DNA from: Atractiella rhizophila
Taxonomy: Eukaryota
DNA: 45,359 nt
NCBI GenBank assembly: GCA_021432655.1
Contig: MU271552.1
Coordinates: forward strand, 1-45,359
Direction: 5' to 3'
Shown in pieces: positions 11,272 through 23,730 of this stretch. The notes beneath the pieces were generated by a model. It was not told where the DNA came from and searched no databases. It was given only the letters and a program-made list of their open reading frames with translations. Position numbers and translations under genes: made by a program. Position 1 is the first letter of the stretch. The number at the start of each line of letters is the position of its first letter.

Positions 11272-13815
11272 TCATGCCTCATTGACAAATAACCCTAGCA
11301 GGATGCACTTCAACAACTCGGAATCAGTTCGAAGGACGAGGCTTACCTGCAGCACCCATACCAGAGCCAACACACATGCTGGTCACAAGGAGTTGGTCTG
11401 GACCACGACGAGCGAGTTCGTGCAGACCAGTAACGGCCAATCGGACCCCAGTCATACCAATGGGATGTCCCAGGGCAATGGCTCCACCATTGACATTTAC
11501 TTTCTCCAGCGGAATTTGGAGCTGGTCAAGGGAGTAGACGAGTTGGGAAGCGAAAGCTTCGTTGATCTACGCATCCACCGTTAAATGTTTTCACTATAAA
11601 CTAGCCACGCCTCACCTCCCACAGATCAACGTCCTCTTTCGACAGTCCAGTGTTATCCAAAAGCATAGGAATGGCAGCAACAGGGCCGATTCCCATCACT
11701 CGAGGTTTGACACCGGCGACTGCGACGGCGACATACTTGGCGATTGGTTTGAGACCTAGTTCATTTGCCTTCTTCCTGGTCATCAAAAACATCGCAGCTG
11801 CACCATCTGTAATCTGGGAGGTGTTTCCAGCCGTCGACCGAGCCTTTCCCCAGTCAGGGAAAGCAGGCTTCAGCTTTGCGAGACTCTCGAGTGTTGTACC
11901 GTGGCGTATGCCGTCGTCGGAGGAAACGGTGACGGTTTCTCCTGCCTCTGTGCGTGCTGGGATGGGCAAGATCTCCTGTGCAAATATGCCAGACTTTTGA
12001 GATTCGGAAGCGAGCGTTACTGATCGTAAAGCATATTCGTCTTGTCGCTCCCGAGAGACGTCGTAATCCTCAGCCACCATTTCTGACGTCCAGCCCATGG
12101 GCTACTTCGAGTCAGCGCTCACTTCCCATGGTCTATGTAGGATAATCGCATACCTTGATACAGTCAGCAGAGTCACCGACTTTTGAAATATCTTCAGAAA
12201 GCAGCGGTGTTGGCCTCGGACTGACCACAGAAATTTAGCTTGGTTTGTTGTGGAGAAAAAAAAGTACTTTTTTGTCATGCTCTCTACCCCGATAGCAAGC
12301 CCCAGCTCCACTTCACCAGATTTTATGTTATTGGCGACAGAGCGGATGGCCATGAGACCGGAAGAGCAAAGTCGATTGATAGTTTGAATCGGTGCGTCGT
12401 AGGGTATACCGGCAGCAATTGCAGCACTGCGCACTTCGTAGCATGGGGAGGGTGGATGACATGTGCCAACAGCGATGTCTTGGATGGCTGAAGGAGACAC
12501 CGACGCAACTTTTAGACTTTCCTATGGTGGCTCACGTCATTACATTACCGAGACAAAGACCAAATCATCAGAAGACAGAAAGGGAGGTCACATAACCACG
12601 CAACTGAATTTGGACAGATTGTAAAAAGGTATTGCTGCAGTGAATGGAAATTCATGGCCGAATGCGAAATGACACCTCCTATTTCGTGCAGGAGTCGAAA
12701 CCGGGAAAAGAATGAAGTGAACGACGCATTGACAGTGTATATGTGCCTGCTATACAAAAATGTTGTCGATGACAAATCCAAAGATAGCTTCGTAAATTCG
12801 AAGAGAAATGTTTGTTGGAAGATTGTCTACATCATTTCTCATGCTGACGAGAATAGTTGTAAAGGACGTGCTCGATGGCAGTCTGACACTCCTTCCTTGC
12901 TCGGTGCATGATCAACTCCGGCCAATATATGTAGCTTGTAATTAGGATCCATTTACTGTTCTTTTAGATGCTCGCTACAAGTGTAAAACACTCTGTGCGA
13001 CATGAAAAGTTGCTCTAGATGGCAGATAGGCACAAAATTATGCTGCACGGTTAGAAGAAGGATAAGTGCTCTGCCGATTGGTTCTGATTTATGGGAAGGC
13101 TATGCGCCAGATAAGAGTCGAATAAGCATTTCTTCTCTCGACATCATTCATGTCTGCCCAATGTGTCCGCAAAATGGACAATATGGTACAACTAAATCCT
13201 CCAACTTGTTTGCTTCGCAGCACAGAGCCGCACACTTTATTCCCTTTCCTGACTTTGAGGGAAACAGGCAGGTCGTTAGTTCGTCACAGCTACCGAAATC
13301 CATGTACCACCCAGAGCAAAGGTAATTACATGTATCTAAATCGAGCGTATTAAGCTTTTCTGGACGGTAATGACGCAGTACAAGGTAAGGACTACATGAA
13401 GAAAGAGGCAAAACTTTGCTTTGCTTACACAAGCTCGTGGTGGCCAATGCAAGGGATTTTCGGGATTATTCCATCGTTCTTCCACTCAAGTCTTGGCTAA
13501 AAAAGAGAGAATATAATAGCGCACCACGCCGAATAACATAAAACTCGCCAACCAGCTGCTCACGGTTCATGGAGAGGAAAAACGCACAACCAAGAAGTTT
13601 CTCAACAGCTCATCGCTGCCCAAATGCGCCAAGCCTCCCTTCCTCGCTCTGGTCATCGGAGACCTCTTTGCGAAGGTAATGACCACATCGTCGTCCCTCT
13701 TCTCCAGTATCCTTGCCTTGCCTAAAGCGCGTCGGGTGTGCGGGACGCTCGAAGCGGCGGCGCTGGTGGCATAGGTGCGGGAGGTGACGGTGACGCGGGA
13801 GAAAGCTCTGAGCAT
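11272..13815 (-). CDS. 3-ketoacyl-CoA thiolase (POT1/FOX3-type sequence) with a mitochondrial-type presequence
   Basis: Motifs [12 protein letters not shown] (catalytic Cys), [37 protein letters not shown] and SMCVGSGMG. Exon 1 is 13588-13815; a 1066-nt first intron (12522-13587) joins NFLV|ESLKV. Stop TGA 11272-11274. Confidence 0.93.
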
Positions 13816-14082
13816 GTTATCGAGAGTGGCTGGTCGTGGTGCTGGCGAGTGAAGAGATGTTGAGGGACGAATTGTTTTATTTTATGCAGAACGCGGGGTA
13901 AAGGTTTAGACGTGTCCGGATCTTGCATCCGATACGGCCACTTTGGGTTGATTCCGCATTTCCCAAAGTGCTCCACCGGATTTCCATCACCTCCAATTCG
14001 TCGCTGATCCCATAAAGTTGTAACTTCCCAGCCTCCAACCCCCTCTCAATCCCCAGACTCAGCTCTTCAGCCTCCCACAGCC
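13816..14082. promoter_or_regulatory. Compact bidirectional promoter (thiolase / RhoGAP)
   Basis: 267 bp between divergent ATGs, with C/T-rich leaders on each side. Similar arrangements occur at 5187-5440 (EME1/TIM8) and 45021-45242. Confidence 0.55.
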
Positions 14083-17000
14083 ATGCTAGGGCATCCGCCC
14101 CACGACCCCGAACGCATCCGTCGCACGGCCAGCTGGACTGGCAACCCTCAGTCTCATCGCGCCAGCACTTTTCCGGCGATGGACGACTCGACCGCTTTCA
14201 AGCTGCTGATCGACCAGGTCAATGGCATGGTGGGATTCTTCAAGAGAAGAGTCGAAGTCGAAGAAGCGTACTGCGAGCAACTGGCTAAGGTATGTGCTTT
14301 CGTTCGTAGATTGAGTGTTGTCATTGCAGTTGGAGATTTTGGGATTGTCCTGAAGCGCTTGTTTCGAAACGCCAATGTTTCGTCTCTTGAACATTGATGG
14401 GAACCTATCTACATATCATACCAACGAGCCTAGATTGCCTTGATACCTGTCCTTGAGCTTTCAATAAATGCCCTGATTACAGGGACCCGATCAACAGGCT
14501 CGGGCAACAACCATTAATCATTTCTGCCTGAACTTCCAACATTATCCATATTACGACACGTGTACTTTACAGTATACACGAACCCAAAGACGTTCTTGCA
14601 TTTCTTGCTGCGCACACAGCGTGAAGTCATCGTTTCAACGTTTTCCTTATTTCGGTGGTCCCGATCAAAGCATGTCTGCTCGTACCCCGGCTCATAACCA
14701 ACAACCAGGCATCCAGCATCCAAAGGTGCGACAGGTATCAAACCATTGTTACACTCAGAATGTGCAATTCACACGACCTTCGCACCTTTCGTTCCTACTG
14801 CTTCATCGCCTTGGCTTTGGCTGACGGTAATTCCGGCTTGCCCTTGCCTCCCTGGCTCCAATAAGGGTCCATAGTGGATATTGGTATGTTGCAATGAGCT
14901 TGCTCCTTCTGGCTTCACTAGCGTCAGGATGATGTCGAGTGAAACCCACGATTGAATTGGACGTGGGACTGTACAATGATGCCCGACCTGTCAACATTCA
15001 TACATTCAAACCCAGTCGCATCGCACGTACGGTTAACATTTTGGTACGGTCTACAGCTGTCAATATGTCAACCTTATGGGCTGTCTTTGCTCGCTTTCAT
15101 GTGACCGCGTTTATCGTCAATATTGAATTCCGTCCTGGAGTCTCGTTGGCTGAGTTTGCGTGATTGTGAGGGTCGAACAAGAAATTGTTGCCTTCAATGT
15201 AACTGTTCTCTGCGAATTTACTTACGGGATGGATGATTCTAGATGTTATCAAAACAGGAAGAGGTCGAGGTTTTGATGGATGCTGAGTACATTCTTCTTT
15301 CTTCCCATAACCATCTGTTGAAGAAGACTGAATAGAGGGCTGCGGCTCATTCCATCGTCTGTTCGTCAGGCCTGGAAGGAAGTCGTGAACTCTTTGAAGC
15401 AAGGTAATTCTCTTCCCTCATCCAAGAAGCTAAACATTAAATCCTGGAATTTATAGAAACCGATTCTCATCGTTCCTTTATTGTCGCCATACAAAAGAAG
15501 GTCATTGAGCCACTGGTGTATTTCAAAGAAGAAAAGGAGAGGATAAGACGACGAGCGAAGGAAGAGCAAAAGGAAGCCGTCTTAGCTCACATGGAGTATA
15601 AGAACACAGTTTCGAAGCTTCAACGCAATGTAAGCACCTTCGCAATCCGAAATATGTTTTCGACTGAAAAGTTGGTTGGGTAGTATGTCAAGAAGTGCTC
15701 TGATCTGCAAGATGTCGTCAATCAGGAGCGAGACTCGACTTCCCAGTGGAATCATCATCAACAAGCGCATAGAGTCGCCACTCCTTCGCCACCACCACCA
15801 CCGCAACCGCGACATTCACCTCCAATGCCAATGAGTGGGAAAGAATTCGAGGCAGCATTAAACCACCACAATCCGCACTCTCCCTTCCTGACCGGTGTAG
15901 CCTCAACAGAATCATCGCCCTCGCCCTCCTCCACGCCTCTCACCACAAACACCTCCCGGGGTTCTGTAGGCGAGATTCAGCACTCGCCGTCACCCAATCC
16001 AATGATGGTCTCCGCAGCAACATCGAGCAATCTCAGAGAGTCCCTCATTGCCGGCCCTCCCACCTCCTTGCAGCAAAACTTTGCTGCTAATCCGCTGCAT
16101 GCGACGAGAAATCAAGTCAACAGTTTCATCAAGAATATCAAGCAGAGCGCGCAGGATCTGGAGAGGCCTGACGGACCGAACAAGATGGTGAGGATGAAGG
16201 CGGAAGCGGAGGAAGCTGATGTCCTGTATCGTCACGGTACGCTTCTTGTCTTCCATTTTGGCAATGGCTTATCGTTCTCCACCATATGAAAGCGGTTCAC
16301 CATCTTGAGACGTTGAGGCTCCAACGAGAGCGGGTGACTAAGGCGTCGAGAGCTTCGGTTGAGGAATCGGCTCTCGATTTCAGTGGAACGACAAAAGGTG
16401 CGTTATAACAACGAGCACGCGTCGCATGTTGCTCACCGTAGAGTAGGAGTACTGATGAAGTGGCTGGAAAGCGTGTCATATCTTAATTCGGGCAAATCTC
16501 ATGTACGTTGCTTCTGTCACAAAGAAAGAAATTCGTTCTGAGGCATGTGGACAGGCCAAGGATAAGATTTGGCAACGTTTACACGAGATATCACCTGCAG
16601 ATGATGGTATGTCATCATGTGACGTTTTTGCCACTCTGTTCTGATGCTTGCCTAGCCTCGCAAGTCATGATCCATACCGAGTTTGCCACTTTTTCAGAGC
16701 CACCAATTCTCTAGTCAGTCCATTCCCTCAATCTTATTTCACCTACTTAATGAGGTCTCAGCAATTCGTTCTTTGTCGGGCAATGCCTCTCTTTGCTTTT
16801 TGGGGTATCTCTTGTCGACTATTCGGCGCAGTTTCCGGGTCGTCCCGTACCACTGATCGTTGTCAAATGTGTGAAAGAGCTAGATGAGCGAGGACTTAAT
16901 ATTGAAGGTCTCTATCGTGTTAGCGGCAAGATCACAAGCGTGCAAGCTGTGAGCTTTCACCTTTTTTCTGCCTAACTCATCTGATCGGGTGTCACTGTCA

Positions 17001-17691
17001 GCTCACGCATGCGATCGAGAAGGACGAGGCTCTGTTCAATTTTGACGCCCACCGACATGATCCTCACACAATAGCTGCCGTCCTCAAGCTGTACTTTCGA
17101 CAACTACCTACTCCACTATTCCAGATGTCTTTGGTGGACAGGGCACAGTTTCTTGGACATTACAGTGAGCCCTTTCTTACAAATTCTGCGATTCGATATT
17201 GAAAATTTTTAGAACACGATCCTCCCGCTGCAGTGCAAGCTGTGGCCAAACGCATACGAAGGCTACATCCCACACATTATGCCACACTTCGTCTCTTCTG
17301 TCAACATCTCTATCGGTGAGTGCTTCTTCATGAGGATGAAAACACCTGTTGACAGAGGTGCAGGGTGGCTGCTCATGCGACACAAAACAAAATGTCCATC
17401 TCAAACCTCTCCCAGATCCTTTCACCCGTCGTCTTTGGAGAAGACCCAGAGCAGAATTTGAACGTCACTCTCATGATGGATGCGAATATGGCTCTCGAAC
17501 CACTTCTCCTTCATCATCAAACTTTGTTTCCTGATGACACTCCTCTCACCAGTACAAATTCTAGCACAGGAAGTGACGGGAACTCTCAGAATACTCACAG
17601 GTCTGGCTCATTCACAGCTAGCTCTCCGCCTCCTCTCCCTCCAAAACCACCGAGCCCTCATCCTTCTGCTCAGGTTCATGTTATTCCGTGA
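14083..17691 (+). CDS. F-BAR (FCH) plus RhoGAP domain protein (Rgd1-like architecture)
   Basis: N-terminal FFKRRVEVEEAYCEQLAK...SSVRQAWKEVV...HRSF...VIEPL (F-BAR). C-terminal FGVSL...VPLIVVKCVKELDERGLNIEGLYRVSG, AAVLKLYFRQLPTPLF, NKMSISNLSQILSPVVF (RhoGAP with the Arg finger). First intron 14290-15242 (953 nt). Confidence 0.9.
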
Positions 17692-19938
17692 TTTAGTCAC
17701 ATTTCCTTTATCGTGAATATATTACAAGGACATATGTTAGGCGTGCATGTCTGTAGGATTAGATGTCGTACTATCGTATCATAACATTTGAAGGTGGTTC
17801 CTCACAAAACGTTCGGAAAAAGTTACAAGCAACAAGCAAACACAAATGTCCTTGAAGTGTCCTTTTCTTACTCTCTCGAGGAACCTACACTTTTTCAACT
17901 CGTTTCCGGGATGTCCCAGCTTGATTCCACACAGCATCATCATGCTAACCGTTCGGCAAATCAAGACTTCCTCCGTCCCCAGAAATTCAGCTTGACCCCT
18001 TCGTCTCTTTTACCTTTCTCTTCCTTCTTGATCTTTGGTGGTTTGGTCGGTTTGGTCGGAGGAGTTGTGGGCTTTGACGACCCACTAGGCAGAGGAGGAC
18101 TAGGGACAGGCGGTGGGAGGGTGGAGCTGATGGTGGGGTAGGAAGAGGAAGAGGACCGTTTGGGGAGGAGCTCGTCCAGTTCCGTGCGAGAGAGATAGAT
18201 CGTCAAACTCTTCGGTGGGCGGTATTGAGAAGGGTTGTTAGTGGGCGCACTTCGACACAGTATATCACCTTAGATCATACAGCTTATAACGGCAGGGAGG
18301 AGATGCGGACGTACTCGAGCACTAATACTCTTTTGTGTGGTAGTTGGTGTTGTTCGTCGGGGACCGTGTACTGCTTCAATTCCTCGCCGTCGTTTTTCCA
18401 TCTCGCTCTACCGTTTAATTTAAAATCAGTGAAATGACAAGAAGTAGCATTTTAAAGTGAAAGGAATCGCATACGTCTTGACCAGTGCTGCAACTTTGAC
18501 TACGTTAGCAACCGCAAGCGCCCCTCCGTCCTCGCTCTCGATCGATCGGAGTTTGACGAATAACAATGCCGGGTCCTTCGCCTCTCCATCACATGCAATA
18601 CGAAAAGAGAGACGGCATGCGCACAGCTAGAAGATGCAGGCACCTCTCAACGTATATCTCTGCGCTTCCACGCTCTGAAACCAATATTAGGTTATCCTCT
18701 TCCTAAACAGAACACAGTGTTAAAGTGTATCGCTCTGCCGAGGGAAAGCGCACGGTTTCGTAGTCGGATGCCGGATCTATGGACTTCCTATTGTCCAACT
18801 CTTTATCGAATTCCTGAGCAGGCGATCCATTGGGGGATGGATCCGCGGCGTCGTTCGCAGATGAGTGCACGCCATCTAGAGCGCAAAGGGTGGCTATGAT
18901 CATTATCTCGAGTCCTACTCAGAAATACATTAGATTTTGCGCTTTTGGAGATGAGGCGGCGGCTTGCCTCTTTTATCCTCGATGAATATCCTGGAAAGGT
19001 TATAGTCCAAAATCTGGACGTTGGCAGTGCTCTTTTTGGTCTTTGGTCGATAGATTGCAATACACCAGTTGGGATCTGGGTTCCTGTTTCGCACAATCAG
19101 ACACGCTTCGCTTTCTCGCAGAACGGTAATGTTACGGACCTGTCCATCCATAGCGAATAACCCTTATCCCCACTACCCATCCCTAGGATATCCCGCTTCC
19201 ACGAATACGTCTCGTTGTCGTGTTTAAAAGACCACTCCAACTGGATAAGACCCGTCGACTTGAACTCGACGCTGTGGTCGGGATTGTACAACTGTAGGCC
19301 AGAAAAAGGAAGTGAATTAAAGTGGTACAGGAGAGGAGGAAGAGCAGAAGCGAACCTCGATTAAACGCTGCTTTTGCACGACCGATCGGCAGGTTGCAAG
19401 GATGGCACCTGTAGCCAACATGAATTATTGGACGAAGGTGTGAGATTCCACAGACCTGAAAGGGTATCTGTCGGCAAGAGGCACTGATTAATATTCTTCA
19501 CACGACACAACGCGGAAGGAAGCGGTACCTTGGAGCTCGAATGTTTTCTTCTGCTCCACCGAAGGACTCATGAGCTCCCAACGCTCACAGCAAGGTAGAT
19601 GGGTTTGGGAGAGACGCACATTCATACGTATGCTCGTGTACATTTCGTTATTCGTCCCCGCTTCTTTCATGTCGATAATCGTTGGAAGGCCTTCGGAAGT
19701 TGACCCCAGTCGATGATGGAAGTTCAGAGTGAACACTGTCAGCCAGTTACAGGTGAGAAATAATCCTGCGATCTACGAGCAGCATAGAGAACTCACAATT
19801 CGCGTCAAGCACCATCCTCGCTCTTTCTTCCTAATGTTGTTTGGGATGAGTCCAGGGGAAGTTGGATTCGAGTTGCCAGTTGGGCTACCAATAAAGGAGA
19901 AGCAGACCTCTTCACTGCAGGTGCTTATGTTTACAAAA
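17560..19938. repeat. Tandem duplication 2, copy A (~2.38 kb; RhoGAP 3' tail plus the whole uncharacterised gene)
   Basis: Starts TCTAGCACAGGAAGTGACGGG; the same sequence restarts at 19939. Confidence 0.95.
17961..19815 (-). CDS. Conserved uncharacterised basidiomycete-type protein, copy A (multi-exon)
   Basis: Spliced product MVLDANLFTL...LYNPDHSVEFKSTGLIQLEWSFKH...NPDPNWCIAIY...VQILDYNLSRIFIEDKRGLEIMII...PPKSLTIYLSRTELDELLP, then a Pro/Lys tail. These blocks match my recollection of a basidiomycete hypothetical family (MLDQNLFTL, VQILDYNL, DRKGLEI); not database-verified. Confidence 0.8.
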
Positions 19939-20070
19939 TCTAGCACAGGAAGTGACGGGAACTCTCAGAATACTCACAGGTCTGGCTCATTCACAGCTAG
20001 CTCTCCGCCTCCTCTCCCTCCAAAACCACCGAGCCCTCATCCTTCTGCTCAGGTTCATGTTATTCCGTGA
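19939..20070 (+). pseudogene. Orphan duplicate of the last 132 nt of the RhoGAP CDS
   Basis: Identical to 17560-17691 (SSTGSDGNSQ...VHVIP*) but has no upstream exons. Confidence 0.85.
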
Positions 20071-20333
20071 TTCAGTCACATTTCCTTTATCGTGAATATA
20101 TTACAAGGACATATGTTAGCGTGCATGTCTGTAGGATTAGATGTCGTACTATCGTATCATAACATTTGAAGGGGTTCCTCACAAAACGTTCGGAAAAAGT
20201 TACAAGCAACAAGCAAACACAAATGTCCTTGAAGTGTCCTTTCTTGCTCCGTCGAGGAGCCTACACTCTTTCCACTCGTTTACGGGATGTCCCAGCTTGA
20301 TTCCACACAGCATCATGCTAACCGTTCGGCAAA

Positions 20334-22197
20334 TCAAGACTTCCTCCGTCCCCAGAAATTCAGCTTGACCCCTTCGTCTCTTTTACCTTTCTCTTCCTTC
20401 TTGATCTTTGGTGGTTTGGTCGGTTTGGTCGGAGGAGTTGTGGGCTTTGACGACCCACTAGGCAGAGGAGGACTAGGGACAGGCGGTGGGAGGGTGGAGC
20501 TGATGGTGGGGTAGGAAGAGGAAGAGGACCGTTTGGGGAGGAGCTCGTCCAGTTCCGTGCGAGAGAGATAGATCGTCAAACTCTTCGGTGGGCGGTATTG
20601 AGAAGGGTTGTTAGTGGGCGCACTTCGACACAGTATATCACCTTAGATCATACAGCTTATAACGGCAGGGAGGAGATGCGGACGTACTCGAGCACTAATA
20701 CTCTTTTGTGTGGTAGTTGGTGTTGTTCGTCGGGGACCGTGTACTGCTTCAATTCCTCGCCGTCGTTTTTCCATCTCGCTCTACCGTTTAATTTAAAATC
20801 AGTGAAATGACAAGAAGTAGCATTTTAAAGTGAAAGGAATCGCATACGTCTTGACCAGTGCTGCAACTTTGACTACGTTAGCAACCGCAAGCGCCCCTCC
20901 GTCCTCGCTCTCGATCGATCGGAGTTTGACGAATAACAATGCTGGATCCTTCGCCTCTCCATCAGACGCAATGAGAAAGGGAGAGGCAGTGTGCGCACAG
21001 CTAGAAGATGCAGGCACCTCTCAACGTATATCTCTGCGCTTCCACGCTCTGAAACCAATATTAGGTTATCCTCTTCCTAAACAGAACAAAATGTTAGAAT
21101 GTACAGCTGTGCTGAGGGAAAGCGCACCGTTTCGTAGTCGGAAGCCGGGTCTATGGACTTCCTATTGTCCAGCTCTTTATCGAATTCCTGAGCAGGCGAT
21201 CCATTGGGGGATGGATCCGCGGCGTCGTTCGCAGATGAGTGCACGCCATCTAGAGCGCAAAGGGTGGCTATGATCATTATCTCAAGCCCTACTCAGAAAT
21301 ACATTAGATTTTGCGCTTTTTGGAGATGAGGCGGCGGCTTGCCTCTTTTATCCTCGATGAATATCCTGGAAAGGTTATAATCCAAAATCTGGACGTTCGC
21401 AGTGCTCTTTTTGGTCTTTGGTCGATAGATTGCAATACACCAGTTGGGATCTGGGTTCCTGTTTCGCACAATCAGACACGCTTCGCTTTCTCGCAGGACG
21501 GTAATGTTACGGACCTGTCCATCCATAGCGAATAACCCTTATCCCCACTACCCACCCCTAGGATATCCCGCTTCCACGAATACGTCTCATTGTCGTGTTT
21601 GAAAGACCACTCCAACTGGATAAGACCCGTCGACTTGAACTCGACGCTGTGGTCTGGATTGTACAACTGTAAGCCAGAAAAAGGAAATGAATTAAAGTGG
21701 TGCAAGAGAGGTGGAAAAGCAGAAGCGAACCTCGATTAAACGCTGCTTTTGCACAACCGGTCTGCAGGTTGCCAGGATGGCACCTGTAGCCAACATGAAT
21801 TATTGGACGAAGGTGTGAGATTCCACGGACCTGAAAGGGTATCTGTCGTCAAGAGGCACTGATTAATATTCTTCACAAGACACAACGCAGAAGAAAGCCT
21901 TACCTTGGAGCTCAAATGTCTTCTTCTGCTCCGCCGAATGACTCGTGAGCTCCCAACACTCACAGCAAGGTAGATGGGTTTGGCGAGAGAAAGAGACGCA
22001 CATTCATACGTATGCTCGTGTACATTTCGTTATTCGTCCCCGCTTCTTTCATGTCGATAATCGTTGGAAGGCCTTCGGAAGTTGACCCCAGTCGATGATG
22101 GAAGTTCAGAGTGAACACTGTCAGCCAGTTACAGGTGAGAAATAATCCTGCGATCTACGAGCAGCATAGAGAACTCACAATTCGCGTCAAGCACCAT
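20334..22197 (-). CDS. Conserved uncharacterised protein, copy B
   Basis: Same exon structure as copy A. Indels fall in introns or UTRs; most exon changes are synonymous (exceptions seen: S/P, M/V). Confidence 0.8.
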
Positions 22198-23730
22198 CCT
22201 CGCTCTTTCTTCCTAATGTTGTTTGGGATGAGTCCAGGGGAAGTTGGATTCCAGTTGCCAGTTGAGGCTACCAATAAAGGAGAAGCAGACCTCTTCACTG
22301 CAGGTGCTTATGTTTACAAATGGCTCTGGCTCGGTTGTGATGCGTCGAGTTCGCAAGCTTAATGGAAGTTCGCACGGTTCAAGTGGTCTGTGGACAGATG
22401 CGAACTTGCGGCCAGTTGCTGCGGCGTAACTTCACTACACAGAAGCATCCACCCATCATGCCTTACGCATTACTCATCTCCAAACGCCAAAAGACTTGTC
22501 ATTGTGAGAATTAGGGAACTCGGATAGGATGCCAAAGGTGTTTGATGGCCGTGGCAAAGTTGAGCTGAAGCGTGCGTGTCTGATCTTGCGGCATGGCACT
22601 GGAGATGGAGCGCTGGACGAGTTGACGTCGCATGACTCTCACGATGGCATATGAGCTTTGCTACTGCTCCAGATGGAAGATTGCAGACCGATCTGGTTAG
22701 CGTACGTTTCTGTATGGGAGTTGGGATATGTTCTTTCTTCCCTTTCATGTCTCACACTGTTATCTTTGACTCCCTTTCTAAGCTTTGCAACATAGCTTGT
22801 TCGGAGAGTACGGTGGCCTAAGTTACCGCTCTCCAATGGGTTAACGCGGCATGAAATAATGCAAGGCAAGAACCCGTCATTCAAGCGATATGTGGCGCTG
22901 TAGAAGTGTCCAGATCGACTGCAATCTAAACGTGCGGCTACCTAAATAGCCCAATTTAAATGGTCAAAGTTGACCAGCACCATGGGTAACACCTTTTGTT
23001 GAAATATAAGTGTGAATCCAACTGCAGAGGAAGCAGCCCAGCTGCAAATTTGGTAGAAATTCCAATAGATGCGTTGGTGCCTTGTTAGTAAGTGAGGATG
23101 CGTTCATGCACGGTGGTGCAGACGTCTCTCCCCTTGTCTATTGCTTCCTAAGGTGTAAGGAGGACGAGATGTCCATCGAGTCAGAATATTCAGTAACGAC
23201 ACTGAACTCGCATCTGGACGATCTAAACGCTGGAGTTGAAAGGAACAGATGAGAGAGCTGTAGGGGACCTTTGTTACTGAAGACGAAGGCCTGGTCTTTC
23301 ATTTACCATTACGGTATTCTTTTCACGAAATGTTCGGCTATTACCTCGACACCAGCAGAAGCTGACAAAATGTTGAAAATGTTCAATCAAACTTAACCTC
23401 ACGTCAACAAAACCACTCGCGATTGGGATAATGAGCGATAAGGAATCAATATTTGTTAATACTGACTGCAACGGTCAGTTTCAGGCAAGATCGAGATAAT
23501 AATCTGCTGGGAAAGTTTTCAGCTAATTTTACGAGTTGTGCTTCCAATGAACAGTCAAAATCTAGCATTGACTGTCACGCAAGCTCCCCTTTGAACAACG
23601 ACGACTACAACGTACAGTGACTGGTCAAGTACATATTGCATTCAAGACTATATTCGAGGTCGTTATATTACCCCAACACTTGTACCTATTACATCTCAGT
23701 ACTGATCCCAATCGTCTATGTGACAAGGGT

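Larger units (their letters stand above)
19939..22320. repeat. Tandem duplication 2, copy B (~2.38 kb)
   Basis: Colinear with 17560-19938; ends GCTTATGTTTACAAA at 22320. Confidence 0.95.

Noticed and set aside
12522..15242. Box C/D snoRNAs or tRNAs in the long introns
   Set aside because: No properly spaced RUGAUGA/CUGA pair with terminal stem and no cloverleaf with a TTCGA arm found by eye; a covariance-model search is still warranted.
19729..20070. 113-aa chimeric ORF crossing the duplication junction into the RhoGAP tail
   Set aside because: Non-ATG start, antisense to the real gene's first exons; a by-product of the junction.
5244..22320. RIP-like mutation of the duplicated segments
   Set aside because: Differences include many transversions and go in both directions; ORFs are intact.
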